Shown: in pieces, positions 49,959-59,036 of the stretch
How the letters are laid out: each line of letters begins with the position of its first letter
Position numbering within the stretch: the first letter of the stretch is position 1
Origin: an uncultured Erysipelotrichaceae bacterium
Lineage (GTDB): Bacteria; Bacillota_I; Bacilli_A; RFN20; CAG-826
NCBI GenBank assembly: GCA_902794835.1
Contig: CADBIO010000001.1
Coordinates: 23,174-87,173, forward strand
Direction of reading: 5' to 3'
DNA: 64,000 nt
Notes under the pieces: model-generated
The model's database searches: none
Seen by the model: only the letters and a program-made list of their open reading frames with translations
Told to the model about the DNA's origin: nothing
Translations under genes and position numbers: made by a program

Positions 49959-51347
49959 TTATTTGGCTGCCTTTTTGGTGGCTGGTTTCTTCGCTGGGGC
50001 TTTCTTTTCGCCTTCGGCTTTTGTCGTGGCCTTCTTCGCTGGGGCCTTGCTTTCTGGCGCGGAAGCGGAGGCGATGATGAAGTTACGGACTTTGCGGTCA
50101 GTGAGTTGGGAACGGAAATCTTCGCGGTTCTTTTCGATGATATTGCGGACTTCTTCCTCTTTCATCTTATATTGTTCGGCCATCTTCTTGATTTCCGCAT
50201 CGACGTCTTCGTCGGTGGCGGCAAGGTTCTCTTTGACGGCGATTTCGTGGACGGCCAAGAAATTTTTGATGTTGTTTTCTGCGTTCACGTGATAGGTCTG
50301 ATGGAGATCTTCTTCCTTAGAACCGGTGATTTCGAGGTATTGTTCAAAGGTTAAGCCGTTGCTTTCCACCTGTTTCTTGAGGTTTTCTTCCATTTGATGG
50401 GCTTCATTGTGGATGATGTCTGGGTCGATCACGAAGGTGGAATTCTTGACGATCATGGCGATCAGGGAATTGTAATAAGCGTTTTCGGCATCCTGAAGTT
50501 TGCGGTTAAGGATGCTCTTCTTCTCATATTCTTTGAGTTCATCGACGGTATTGACGTCTTTGATGGCCAAATCAGCGACCGCTTCATCATTAAGTTCAGG
50601 GATTTTCTTTTCCTTGACTTCATGCATGTTGATTTTGAAGGTCGCTTCTTTGCCGGCGAGTTCTTTCACATAGTTCTCCGGGAAAGTGACTTTGATTTCT
50701 TTCTTATCGCCATCTTTCATGCCGACGAGTTGTTCTTCGAAGCCAGGGATGAATTGGTTGGAACCCAATTCCAAGCTGTAATTGTTGGCTTGTCCGCCTT
50801 CAAAGGCTTCCAATTTTCCTTCTGCGTTTTCAAGATAGCCATCGAAATCGATAACCGCCGTATCGCCCATCTTCGCGGCACGTTCGGTAACCACTAATTC
50901 GGCATTTTCTTTCAATAAGGATTCAATCGCGTTCTTAACTTCTAAGTCAGTGACGCTTGGGGCTGGTTTCTCGGCTTTGAGACCTTTATATTCGCCTAAA
51001 GTGACTTCTGGGATTAAGACGATGGTATAAACGAGTTCCAATTCGTCTTTGGAAAGTTTAGTGACGTTGACTTGAGGACGATACATTGGCTCAAGTTTCT
51101 CTTCGGTGATGACTTGGGCGAAGACAGGCGTCAAAACTTCTTCGATGGCGTTATTCCAAACGGTTTCTTGGTTGATTCTTTCTTCCACGAGTTTGCGTGG
51201 TGCTTTGCCTGGGCGGAAGCCAGGGACCGAGACTTTGGCGGCGACTTTCTTAAATGCTTTTTCTTGAGCGCCATCCCAAAGCTCTTTTTCAACGGACACC
51301 GCGATCTTCACGCGGCTTGGGCTGATTTTTTCTACTGTGTGTTTCAT
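49959..51347 (-). CDS. tig: trigger factor with Lys/Ala/Pro-rich C-terminal tail
   Basis: Ribosome-binding N-domain (GFRPGKAP), FKBP PPIase domain and C-domain. An extra 40-aa tail reads ...APAKKATTKAEGEKKAPAKKPATKKAAK. Confidence 0.9.
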   Translation of the reverse strand: MKHTVEKISPSRVKIAVSVEKELWDGAQEKAFKKVAAKVSVPGFRPGKAPRKLVEERINQETVWNNAIEEVLTPVFAQVITEEKLEPMYRPQVNVTKLSKDELELVYTIVLIPEVTLGEYKGLKAEKPAPSVTDLEVKNAIESLLKENAELVVTERAAKMGDTAVIDFDGYLENAEGKLEAFEGGQANNYSLELGSNQFIPGFEEQLVGMKDGDKKEIKVTFPENYVKELAGKEATFKINMHEVKEKKIPELNDEAVADLAIKDVNTVDELKEYEKKSILNRKLQDAENAYYNSLIAMIVKNSTFVIDPDIIHNEAHQMEENLKKQVESNGLTFEQYLEITGSKEEDLHQTYHVNAENNIKNFLAVHEIAVKENLAATDEDVDAEIKKMAEQYKMKEEEVRNIIEKNREDFRSQLTDRKVRNFIIASASAPESKAPAKKATTKAEGEKKAPAKKPATKKAAK

Positions 51348-51449
51348 TGATAGTTACCTCAATTTCTTTGCGACGGGTTTAAATATACTCTATCTTTAGA
51401 TACTTTCCAAACGAAAAACGTCAAAAAGCCCTAAATTCCGCCGAAAATT

Positions 51450-52379
51450 TTATATCCTCATTCGCTCCGCGGCATTTAAAACCTCGGTGATTTTGTCAAT
51501 CATGCTCCGAACTTCCTTTTCTGCCAACCCATATTTTTTAAGGAGCCCCTTCTCTTCAAAAGGGACTTTCAGATAGTCGTGAGACAAAATGATAAAGGCG
51601 GCGGCAAGAAGGTTTTTGGGGTAGAGAGAAAATGCCGAATCGGGGAAATATTCGAAAAGGAAATTATTGACCAGGTTTTTAGCGATCTCAAACATCGAAG
51701 GATCTTTCAGCTCATCTTGGATCTCTTTGACCAAGACATGGTAATTTTTATCTCCATAGGGAGGGAGATATTGGCGGGGGATCAAATGATATGATTTCCC
51801 GTTTTTCTCAAAGAACACTTCTTTGTCGTATTTGGCTTTCACCAAAAGAAGCAAGGCGAATGTCTTGAGGATAGAAGAATCACTTTTGGCAAGAAGAATG
51901 GCGATGGAATCGGCATAATGAATGGTTTCGGCGTCATTAAAATTCGTCAGAATCGCCATTCCTTCGTAAGGGTCTTTCCCCTTTTCGAGGATTTCTCTTA
52001 CTTCATCGTCGGAATAACGCGGTTTGATGCTAGATTGCCTCTCATTGACGCGGATCAGACTAGGAAGGTCGCGAAGATATTCCTCCACTTCTTGCGAAAC
52101 ATAAGGGAGATTTGAGAAATATTTCGCATCTTCGTAGGCTTCATCGAATTCTTTGAGAATGAAACGCAATTCAAAATTGACCTTCATCGTCCGGATGGGG
52201 GAATCTTGATAAAGAAAATCTCTGTTTTCTAGCAAAAGGCGCATCGCCTCTTCCGCTTTCCCAAGTTCTAGAAACGCAACCGTCCGATAGAAAAGGGAGG
52301 TGGCGTCGTTCGCCCTTTCCGTCAGGGAGAGAACGAGATCGTATTGTTTCTTTTCGATTAAACTTGCCAAGTTGTCCAT
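51450..52379 (-). CDS. hypothetical helical-repeat (TPR-like) protein, YsoA-position
   Basis: 309 aa, all-helical. Occupies the position of B. subtilis ysoA upstream of tig. No clear motif. Confidence 0.45.
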   Translation of the reverse strand: MDNLASLIEKKQYDLVLSLTERANDATSLFYRTVAFLELGKAEEAMRLLLENRDFLYQDSPIRTMKVNFELRFILKEFDEAYEDAKYFSNLPYVSQEVEEYLRDLPSLIRVNERQSSIKPRYSDDEVREILEKGKDPYEGMAILTNFNDAETIHYADSIAILLAKSDSSILKTFALLLLVKAKYDKEVFFEKNGKSYHLIPRQYLPPYGDKNYHVLVKEIQDELKDPSMFEIAKNLVNNFLFEYFPDSAFSLYPKNLLAAAFIILSHDYLKVPFEEKGLLKKYGLAEKEVRSMIDKITEVLNAAERMRI

Positions 52380-52463
52380 AAATACCCATTTATTTTACGC
52401 CTGTTTCTTTCGTAAAAGGAAGTTAGTTTCTAAGAAAGAAGAAATCGCGTAAAATAAGTCTCG

Positions 52464-53207
52464 ATGAAAAAACATTTTCTCGTCTCGTTGTCCTTATTGG
52501 CTAGTTTACTAGGCGCATGTTCTTCTTCTGCGAATCGCATCGATCGTGAGCAAGCGGTCGCCGAATTAAAGAAAATCGACCTCGAAATCAATTACACGCC
52601 CCTCGTGGAAGTTCCTTCAAGCTATGTTTTAAGCGAAACCATCTCTCAATACGATGATGGAGGGTATGCGATTGAGAACGCGGAAATCAGCCGTCACATC
52701 GACCAACGCAACCGCTACTCCTTTGCCCGGATTGAAGGAAAGCACGAAGGCCGCCCTTATGTCCATGAAAGCTGGACTTATGTGTCATTGAAACACAACA
52801 TCACCTGCCATTATTACAATGCGGTGATCGATGGCCTCACCCGCAACGAAAGATTCCGTTATGAAACGGAGAAAGACGATGAGAGCTGGGATGCCGTGGC
52901 GGAAGAGGAAATTGCCGAGAAAAACCGTCTCTATAGTCAAATGGCCAAATTGTATTCGACCTTTCTTTCCGGGATGGATAACATTCAGGAAGAATCGTAT
53001 TTTTCATCCGAAAGCGGTTCTTTAGATTTTTATGTTTCCAATGAAGAAGCCACCTATTCTGGCACTTTTCGGAATTATTGGTTTCAAAAAGGGTCCCAGG
53101 AAAATAAAACGGATGGCACGTATTACAGCGCATCCGTCTATTGGAATCAATGTGATATCTCGATGCCGAATCTTGATTTTTACCCGCTTAGAGAGGAAGC
53201 AAAATAG
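52464..53207 (+). CDS. hypothetical lipoprotein
   Basis: Signal peptide with lipobox LLGAC (Cys19). 247 aa. Confidence 0.6.
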   Translation: MKKHFLVSLSLLASLLGACSSSANRIDREQAVAELKKIDLEINYTPLVEVPSSYVLSETISQYDDGGYAIENAEISRHIDQRNRYSFARIEGKHEGRPYVHESWTYVSLKHNITCHYYNAVIDGLTRNERFRYETEKDDESWDAVAEEEIAEKNRLYSQMAKLYSTFLSGMDNIQEESYFSSESGSLDFYVSNEEATYSGTFRNYWFQKGSQENKTDGTYYSASVYWNQCDISMPNLDFYPLREEAK

Positions 53208-53826
53208 CGGCCACTTCTTCTAATTCAGACAAAGAAGAGATCGCCCCATCGGGGCTTTTTGCTTGCCCAAAGCCATAAGCGGCATGAACAAAAGGTAATT
53301 TGGCTTTTCTCGTGGCGATTTCATCCATCGCCGTATCGCCGACATAAATAGCTTTCGACAGATGATGTTTTTCTTTCATCAAAAGCATCGTTTTCTCTTT
53401 CGCTTCTTTTGTGTCTCCCCAAGAAAGATGGTCTTGAAAATAACGCCCCATCCCCGTGGAAGAAAGATATGCCTCAATATATCCTTTTTGGGCGTTAGAG
53501 ACGATAAAGAGAGAATAATGTCGGGAAAGATTCCTTAAAGCCTCTTCTTCTCCGGGGTATAAGGTTCCCGGATGGGTTAGAAGATATTGGTTTTCAAATT
53601 CCATGCATCGTTGTAACAAAGGGATCATTTTTTCTTCTTCCAAAGAAGGCCAAAGTTTTCTTCCGATGTCGGTCATGGCAAGCCCCATCGCCCCTTGCAT
53701 GTCTTCCAATGTGATCTGATATTTTCCCTTCTCATAAGTTTTGAGAATTTCGTTCCATGAATCCACCACTTGTTGGGAAGAATCCCACAAGGTGCCGTCT
53801 AAATCAAAGATAATTCCGTTTTTCAT
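53188..53826 (-). CDS. HAD-family hydrolase (phosphatase, subfamily IA)
   Basis: Motif I FDLDGTLWDS, motif II SN, motif III K...GDT..D. Confidence 0.7.
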   Translation of the reverse strand: MKNGIIFDLDGTLWDSSQQVVDSWNEILKTYEKGKYQITLEDMQGAMGLAMTDIGRKLWPSLEEEKMIPLLQRCMEFENQYLLTHPGTLYPGEEEALRNLSRHYSLFIVSNAQKGYIEAYLSSTGMGRYFQDHLSWGDTKEAKEKTMLLMKEKHHLSKAIYVGDTAMDEIATRKAKLPFVHAAYGFGQAKSPDGAISSLSELEEVAAILLPL

Positions 53827-53878
53827 ACGCTAGATAGTTTAAAGAAAAAGAGACGGATTTTCATCCATCTCTCATGAA

Positions 53879-55198
53879 TTATTTTTTGCTGCTTTCGATT
53901 TTCTCGCGGCTGACTTTCTTATAAAGGAAGATCTCTTTCCTCACTTTGATATTTAACGAGCCGTCGCGATAATAATTGGCAGCCCCACGTTGTTTATGGA
54001 CGGGTTTAAGGGCTTTTCGGTGATGGCGACAGAAAATGGTGGGAAGAATCCAGCCCAGCCCCAGGAAGATGATCACGAAGGCAAAAAGGAAGGCGCTGGC
54101 GCTCCATTCTTCCTGAGAATTGGCGTAAAGGGCTCCCCCAATTGCGCCTAAAAGGCCACCCGAAAGGAGATAAAAGCCGAAGAAGAAAAGCAAATATTTG
54201 CCAATCGAAAGAGGCAAATTACCTACCATTTTCCCCGTTTGGGCATTCATTCCAAAGGTGAATTGTTTTTCTTTCCATTTGGTTGAGAGAATCCAAACCG
54301 GGAATAAAGCGTAATAGACAGAGGTGTTATAAAGCCGTAAAGAGGAAGTTTCATAACGGAGGTTCTCATAACCGTTGATGGTAGAGGCGAATTTATCGAT
54401 CGTTCCTTCTTTCACACGGTCGTTGGCGCGAGGGGCGCAGGCGTCTTTGTCGACATCATATTTATCGGAAAGATGGCCCGCTAAGAAGGCGGCGTTAAAT
54501 TGTCTTGCTCCTTCAAAATCGAATGGCTCGATGGATTCCATCAAATCATCTGGCATCGTCGAAGAGCCATCGACGGGAATGTGGTCGAAACCGATGTCGC
54601 CCTCACGGACGATTCGATAATATTTGGTTTCGGTGACCCGATAATCGCCGTCACGATATTTTCTTACAACCTCGCCACGGAAATTGACGCGGCCTGCGCA
54701 ATCAGCGTTAAAAACCCAGAAAGGCTCATATAAGCCTTTGACTTCGGCGATTTTGTTTTCCTGTTTGAAATGTTTCGAAAGAAAGAGTTTTTTCTTCAAG
54801 AATTTGGCCAACGCCACCTGAGTCGAAGCCTGGTCATATTGGAAAGGAATGACATAATCTGGTTTCAAAGAGCCGGAAAGTCTTCCCGAAAGGATAACTG
54901 GAGATTGGCAAAACGGACACGTTGTGGCGCTGGTGTTCTCGTCAGCGATGATTTCCGCCCCGCAGGAGTCACAATGATAGAGACTGAGGTTGGATAATTC
55001 TTCTTCCGTATATTCGGAGGAAGAAGCCTTCCAATTCATCTCATCGGGCTTGGCATCTGCCAGTTCTTTGTTGTAATTTTCGACAGTGTCGATGTCGAAT
55101 TCGCCATCGCAATAAGGGCAGACGATTTTCTGCGAATGCGAGTCGAATTGCAAAGGGCCGCCACAATTGGGGCACTTATATTCAATGGCCTTAGACAT
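53879..55198 (-). CDS. zinc-ribbon membrane protein (YdjG/YdjH-like partner of the SPFH protein)
   Basis: Two N-terminal CxxC...CxxC zinc ribbons, a central soluble domain and C-terminal TM helices. AAGGA SD. Co-operonic with the upstream SPFH gene across an 11-bp gap. Confidence 0.55.
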   Translation of the reverse strand: MSKAIEYKCPNCGGPLQFDSHSQKIVCPYCDGEFDIDTVENYNKELADAKPDEMNWKASSSEYTEEELSNLSLYHCDSCGAEIIADENTSATTCPFCQSPVILSGRLSGSLKPDYVIPFQYDQASTQVALAKFLKKKLFLSKHFKQENKIAEVKGLYEPFWVFNADCAGRVNFRGEVVRKYRDGDYRVTETKYYRIVREGDIGFDHIPVDGSSTMPDDLMESIEPFDFEGARQFNAAFLAGHLSDKYDVDKDACAPRANDRVKEGTIDKFASTINGYENLRYETSSLRLYNTSVYYALFPVWILSTKWKEKQFTFGMNAQTGKMVGNLPLSIGKYLLFFFGFYLLSGGLLGAIGGALYANSQEEWSASAFLFAFVIIFLGLGWILPTIFCRHHRKALKPVHKQRGAANYYRDGSLNIKVRKEIFLYKKVSREKIESSKK

Positions 55199-55208
55199 GG
55201 GTCAGTCC

Positions 55209-56546
55209 TTATTTTTTATCGTTATCGTCGAATGGGTCGCCACATTCTGGGCAGAATTTCGGTGGGTTTTTCGGATCTTTTGGCTCCCAGCCACATTTAT
55301 CGCATCTATAAAGCGGCTCACCAGCAGGTTTTTTGGCACCGCATTCGGCGCAGAATTTGCCTTTGTTGACCGTACCGCAGGTCGGGCATTTCCAACCCGC
55401 GCTTTCTTCTGGTTTCTTCGTACCACATTCTGGGCAGAATTTTCCCGTGACTTCGGCACCGCATTTCGGGCATTTCCAAGAATCGGCGGCTGGTTTTGGT
55501 TGGGAAGCTGCTTGTTGTTGTTTTTGCTCTTGCTGCTGGGCTTCCATCTGGTAGAAATTGTTCGCGTTCATGCCACCCGCTTGCGCAGCCATATTTAAGC
55601 CATAGAAACCCATAGCCGCCCCATTGGCGTTGGAGGCAGCGCCTTTCATGGCTTCGCCTTGGGCCTCGACTAAGGAAGCACCAGCCATGCCAGGGTTTCT
55701 ATAAACGGCTTGACGTTGGAGATTTTTGATAAGGTCTTCGTCTTCTTTTGGAAGAGTGACGGAGGAAAGGGCGATAGAAACCACTTCTAAGCCGCGTGTT
55801 TCCAACCATTTCTCGGTAAGAACTTCATTCATCGCTTTTTCTAATTCGGTGATGTGGGCGACAATTTGATTGGGACGAATCTCTAAGGCAGATAATTTGC
55901 CAAAAGCAGGTTGCAACGCGGAGATAAATTCGCTCTTTAGGGTGTTGTCTAATTCGCTGCGGTTATAAGATTCCGAAACATTGCCACAGACATTCTGATA
56001 GAAAAGGATTGGGTTGCCAATACGATAGGAGAAGGTGCCGAAGCATCGGACGGAAACATCGATATCAAGCCCGATATTACTATCAACGACTCGGAATGGG
56101 ACCGGATTGGCGGTTCCGAATTTATTGTCGAGGATTTCTTTGATGTTGAAATAATAGACACGTTGATCTTTGCCACTGTCTCCGCCATAGCCAATACGAT
56201 TCCACATCGTCTTGAACATGCCAGCCACGCCTTGGAAAAGGTTGCCGCAGAAAACAGAAGGCTCAGAGCCTTTGTCATAAGTGTATTGTCCAGGTTCAGA
56301 GCAGATATCCATGATCTTGCCTTGTTCGACGATGATCATGCACTGGCCATCAGCGACAGCGATACCAGAACCGTTGGAGATAATATTGTCGTTGCCTCTA
56401 TGATTCGAACCGAATCTTCCGGTGACTCTTTTTTCACCTTTTACCATCAAAACGGTCTTGTCGATTGATTCGCAATAGAAAAATTCTTTCCACTGATCTG
56501 CGAGGGTGCCTCTGACGGAGCCGCTCACTGCTTTGATTAAACCCAT
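55209..56546 (-). CDS. SPFH/band-7-like protein (COG4260, YdjI-like) with Gln-rich linker and triple C-terminal zinc ribbon
   Basis: N-terminal region resembles the B. subtilis YdjI family (PspA-associated). The C-terminus has three tandem CP.CG....KFC.ECG zinc ribbons after a QQQEQKQQQ linker. Confidence 0.65.
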   Translation of the reverse strand: MGLIKAVSGSVRGTLADQWKEFFYCESIDKTVLMVKGEKRVTGRFGSNHRGNDNIISNGSGIAVADGQCMIIVEQGKIMDICSEPGQYTYDKGSEPSVFCGNLFQGVAGMFKTMWNRIGYGGDSGKDQRVYYFNIKEILDNKFGTANPVPFRVVDSNIGLDIDVSVRCFGTFSYRIGNPILFYQNVCGNVSESYNRSELDNTLKSEFISALQPAFGKLSALEIRPNQIVAHITELEKAMNEVLTEKWLETRGLEVVSIALSSVTLPKEDEDLIKNLQRQAVYRNPGMAGASLVEAQGEAMKGAASNANGAAMGFYGLNMAAQAGGMNANNFYQMEAQQQEQKQQQAASQPKPAADSWKCPKCGAEVTGKFCPECGTKKPEESAGWKCPTCGTVNKGKFCAECGAKKPAGEPLYRCDKCGWEPKDPKNPPKFCPECGDPFDDNDKK

Positions 56547-56654
56547 AATAGATTCTCCTTGTGTGCTTTCGAAAGTTTACGAATTTTATTGTAAACAATA
56601 CGGATTCTTTTTTCATCTTAATTTGATGACTCTCCTGATTAGGAGATAGGAAAA

Positions 56655-56873
56655 ATGTCCATTTCAGAGCGTTTTTACGGTTTTCGCCTATTCAATTTTG
56701 TGTCAAAGTATGTATGTGATCATGGCGCCCTAGACCAATTTCGATACATCTTTGCTTCTGGTAGAATCACGCTATCTAATTCCAAGTCAAAGCGATTTTT
56801 ATTGAGTTTTATCATTCTATGTGATTGCATAGCAGCAAAAATTCATCCGTGGTTGTCGATGACTACCACTTAG
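56655..56873 (+). CDS. hypothetical small protein (72 aa), convergent with and overlapping the DUF1016 gene stop
   Basis: Good SD (AGGAGATAGG) 4 nt upstream of ATG. No homology recognised. Confidence 0.25.
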   Translation: MSISERFYGFRLFNFVSKYVCDHGALDQFRYIFASGRITLSNSKSKRFLLSFIILCDCIAAKIHPWLSMTTT

Positions 56874-57880
56874 CGGGGATTCTTTTTGGTTTCCTCGAAC
56901 AATGTTTGATATTCAATTAGTTTTTCTTTTAATGCATTGGTGTCGATTAGTTGGGTTGAATATGTTGCAACCGCAGTTGGTGAAATAGATCTAGAAGAAG
57001 CTAGTTCCACTACTGAATCGTTTTTAGAGGCACATAAAATAATCCCCACACTTGGATTTTCATTGGGTTTCTTTTCGTATTTATCTAAGGCGGCAAGATA
57101 AAAATCCATTTTTGAAACAAATTCTGGTTGGAATTTATCCACTTTTAGTTCAAAAGCTACTAAACATGAATATGTTCTGTTGTAGAATAGCAAATCAATA
57201 TAAAAGTCTTCTCCACCAACATTGATTCGATGTTCTTGCTCAATAAAAGTAAAATCCTTCCCAATTTCTAAAATAAAGTTTTTTAAATTACTTATGATTG
57301 CATCTTTTAAGTCTTTCTCTTTGTAGTTGTTGGGCAAATCAAGGAATTCCAGCGAATAGGCATCTAATAATTTAGTATTTGGTCCATCTTCTTCTCCCAC
57401 CACTGGCTCTAAACTTTCCAAGGCATTTCCGTTAGATAATAAATATCTTTCATAATAATGACTTTGGATCTGCCTATTGAGTTCCCTTTTGGAATAATTA
57501 TTTTTAATGCAAAGACGAATATAAAATTCTTTTTCCTCGATTGTTTTTGTTCCTTGCAAAATTAGCAAATTATTAGTCCAACTCAATTGTGTCACCAGTG
57601 GTGAGACAATTATATTGTCTCTATATGTCTCATAAAATTGAATCATTCTATATAGACCGGCTCTGTTGAATCCTTTTAAGGATGGATATTGAGTTTTTAT
57701 AGTTATGACTAGATTATCAATTGTCTTTGATCCCCAACCGCCTGATGCAACTTTTTTTGACAAATATTTTCCTACTTCGTAATACATTGTCACTAATTCT
57801 TCATTAATTTTTCGATAAGCGTTTTTTCGATGAAGTTGAATGATATTTATAATTTCTTTAAATTCAGATTCTTTTTCCAT
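56870..57880 (-). CDS. PDDEXK-family nuclease, DUF1016 (YhcG-like)
   Basis: N-terminal DUF1016 helical domain (YYEVGKYL...WGSKTID.L...FPSLKGFNRAGLYRM.QFYETY) and C-terminal restriction-endonuclease-like core (DLLFYN...LVAFELK). AT-rich. Confidence 0.7.
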   Translation of the reverse strand: MEKESEFKEIINIIQLHRKNAYRKINEELVTMYYEVGKYLSKKVASGGWGSKTIDNLVITIKTQYPSLKGFNRAGLYRMIQFYETYRDNIIVSPLVTQLSWTNNLLILQGTKTIEEKEFYIRLCIKNNYSKRELNRQIQSHYYERYLLSNGNALESLEPVVGEEDGPNTKLLDAYSLEFLDLPNNYKEKDLKDAIISNLKNFILEIGKDFTFIEQEHRINVGGEDFYIDLLFYNRTYSCLVAFELKVDKFQPEFVSKMDFYLAALDKYEKKPNENPSVGIILCASKNDSVVELASSRSISPTAVATYSTQLIDTNALKEKLIEYQTLFEETKKNPR

Positions 57881-57885
57881 ATTAA

Positions 57886-58056
57886 CTATTCCTCCACTGT
57901 TTCAAATAAATCGACACCGGGAATAAGGGCGCATCCGCCCCAATTACCATGAATTTGTCCGATGCCATCGATGTGCTCAACAATGCCGACTTTGCCACTG
58001 TAATCTGGTTCCCCATCCATTCGGATGATTTTAATTTTGTCTCCAACTTTAACCAT
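57886..58056 (-). CDS. DUF4314-family small protein (56 aa)
   Basis: Hand-translated MVKVGDKIKIIRMDGEPDYSGKVGIVEHIDGIGQIHGNWGGCALIPGVDLFETVEE. AGGAGA SD 8 nt upstream. Its stop overlaps the SD of the DUF1016 gene. Below the ORF track cutoff. Confidence 0.55.
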   Translation of the reverse strand: MVKVGDKIKIIRMDGEPDYSGKVGIVEHIDGIGQIHGNWGGCALIPGVDLFETVEE

Positions 58057-58650
58057 CAATAAAATCTCCTTTCGTCAGTTAGACAGCACGTGTCTTCAAA
58101 AGGAGATAAATAAAAACCATCACCATAATGAAAACACCTTTTGTAGTTATCGACTCAGTCCCGTAACTACTGGTGTTACATCATCCTCGTGATGGCCACA
58201 TGCTCAATTGAACAACAATTGTAGGGAGCGCGATGGTCCTCTTGAACGCAAGGGCGTCTGCCAACGCGACCCCTTCCGCTTGCGTCTCATACCATTACTG
58301 GGCAATACTTTCCCTATTACCACACCCTAACACGTAGTGTGATAGTTTATCTATCCATTGGCCTCAGTTTGCCTGCGTATGGTTGACTTTGCTATTGCTA
58401 GTTCATAGCGCCCGTGGTCTAGATAGATGAACAAGATTATTATAGCAAAAGCTACGCTTCGTAGGTAGAGCCACGAGAATTTAGTCGCTTTTGTCGACGG
58501 AATCAATGCGGCTGGAATTATCATGATCCGAATTGTTTCGCTTTAATGGTCGCTCTTGTTTCTTTGTTCTCGTCATATCAAAGCAAATTGAAAGCACTCA
58601 ATCCAAGAAATCATCATATCAGTTAGAAACGCTCGAACTAGCGAATAAAA

Positions 58651-58710
58651 CGGCCAAAAAGGGCGCAAAAAAAGGACTTTGCGATGCAAAATCCTCATTT
58701 TTATCGATGG
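58651..58710. repeat. degenerate direct repeat copy 1 (related to the sequence flanking the tRNA-Arg 3' end)
   Basis: cgGCCAAAAAgGGCgCAAAAAAAGgActtt...GCAAAAT...TTTTTATCGATGG resembles 58851-58919. Confidence 0.45.
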
Positions 58711-58850
58711 AAAGGTTTACCTTATTTAATACAAAATGGGCCTTTCACTGTTTCTTTCTGTAAATGTCGATGAAATATGTGCAATAGATCAAGCGTAGGT
58801 GTAATAGGTAAAAAAGTTGTTAAAAATAAGACTAAAATATACAAAAAAGT

Positions 58851-58919
58851 GCCAAAAAAGGCACAAAAAAAGCATTTTTTCACCAATAATGGGTACAAAA
58901 TGCAGTTTTTTATCGATGG
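58851..58919. repeat. direct repeat copy 2 containing the tRNA-Arg terminator hairpin
   Basis: GCCAAAAAaGGCaCAAAAAAAGcAtttt...GCAGTTTTTTATCGATGG. On the minus strand it forms GTGCC-TTTTTT-GGCAC plus a T-run directly after the tRNA CCA. Confidence 0.45.
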
Positions 58920-58993
58920 CGCGCCTGAACCGACTCGAACGGTTGACCCACAGCTTAGAAGGCTGTTGCTCTATCCAACTGAGCTACAGGCGC
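58917..58993 (-). tRNA. tRNA-Arg (anticodon TCT), CCA encoded
   Basis: Minus strand GCGCCTGTAGCTCAGTTGGATAGAGCAACAGCCTTCTAAGCTGTGGGTCAACCGTTCGAGTCGGTTCAGGCGCGCCA folds as a canonical cloverleaf with 7-bp acceptor, D and T arms. The anticodon loop is CTTCTAA. Confidence 0.85.
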
Positions 58994-59036
58994 AGCGCTT
59001 TAATAATATAATCTTCTTTCTGTTTAGAAACAAGGC

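Larger units (their letters stand above)
56547..58916 (-). mobile_element. small AT-rich genomic islet / integration remnant adjacent to the tRNA-Arg 3' end
   Basis: DUF1016 and DUF4314 genes have markedly lower GC than their neighbours. Degenerate direct repeats abut the tRNA 3' end. No integrase is present, so this looks like a decayed integration site. Confidence 0.35.

Noticed and set aside
58076-58530. tmRNA, RNase P RNA or SRP RNA gene in the ORF-free segment
   Set aside because: None of the hallmark motifs were found on either strand: tmRNA GGGG...tag ORF...tRNA-Ala-like 3' end; RNase P AGGAAAGUCC and GGUAAACCCC; SRP GGAAGGAAGCAGC. Left as an unassigned candidate ncRNA.
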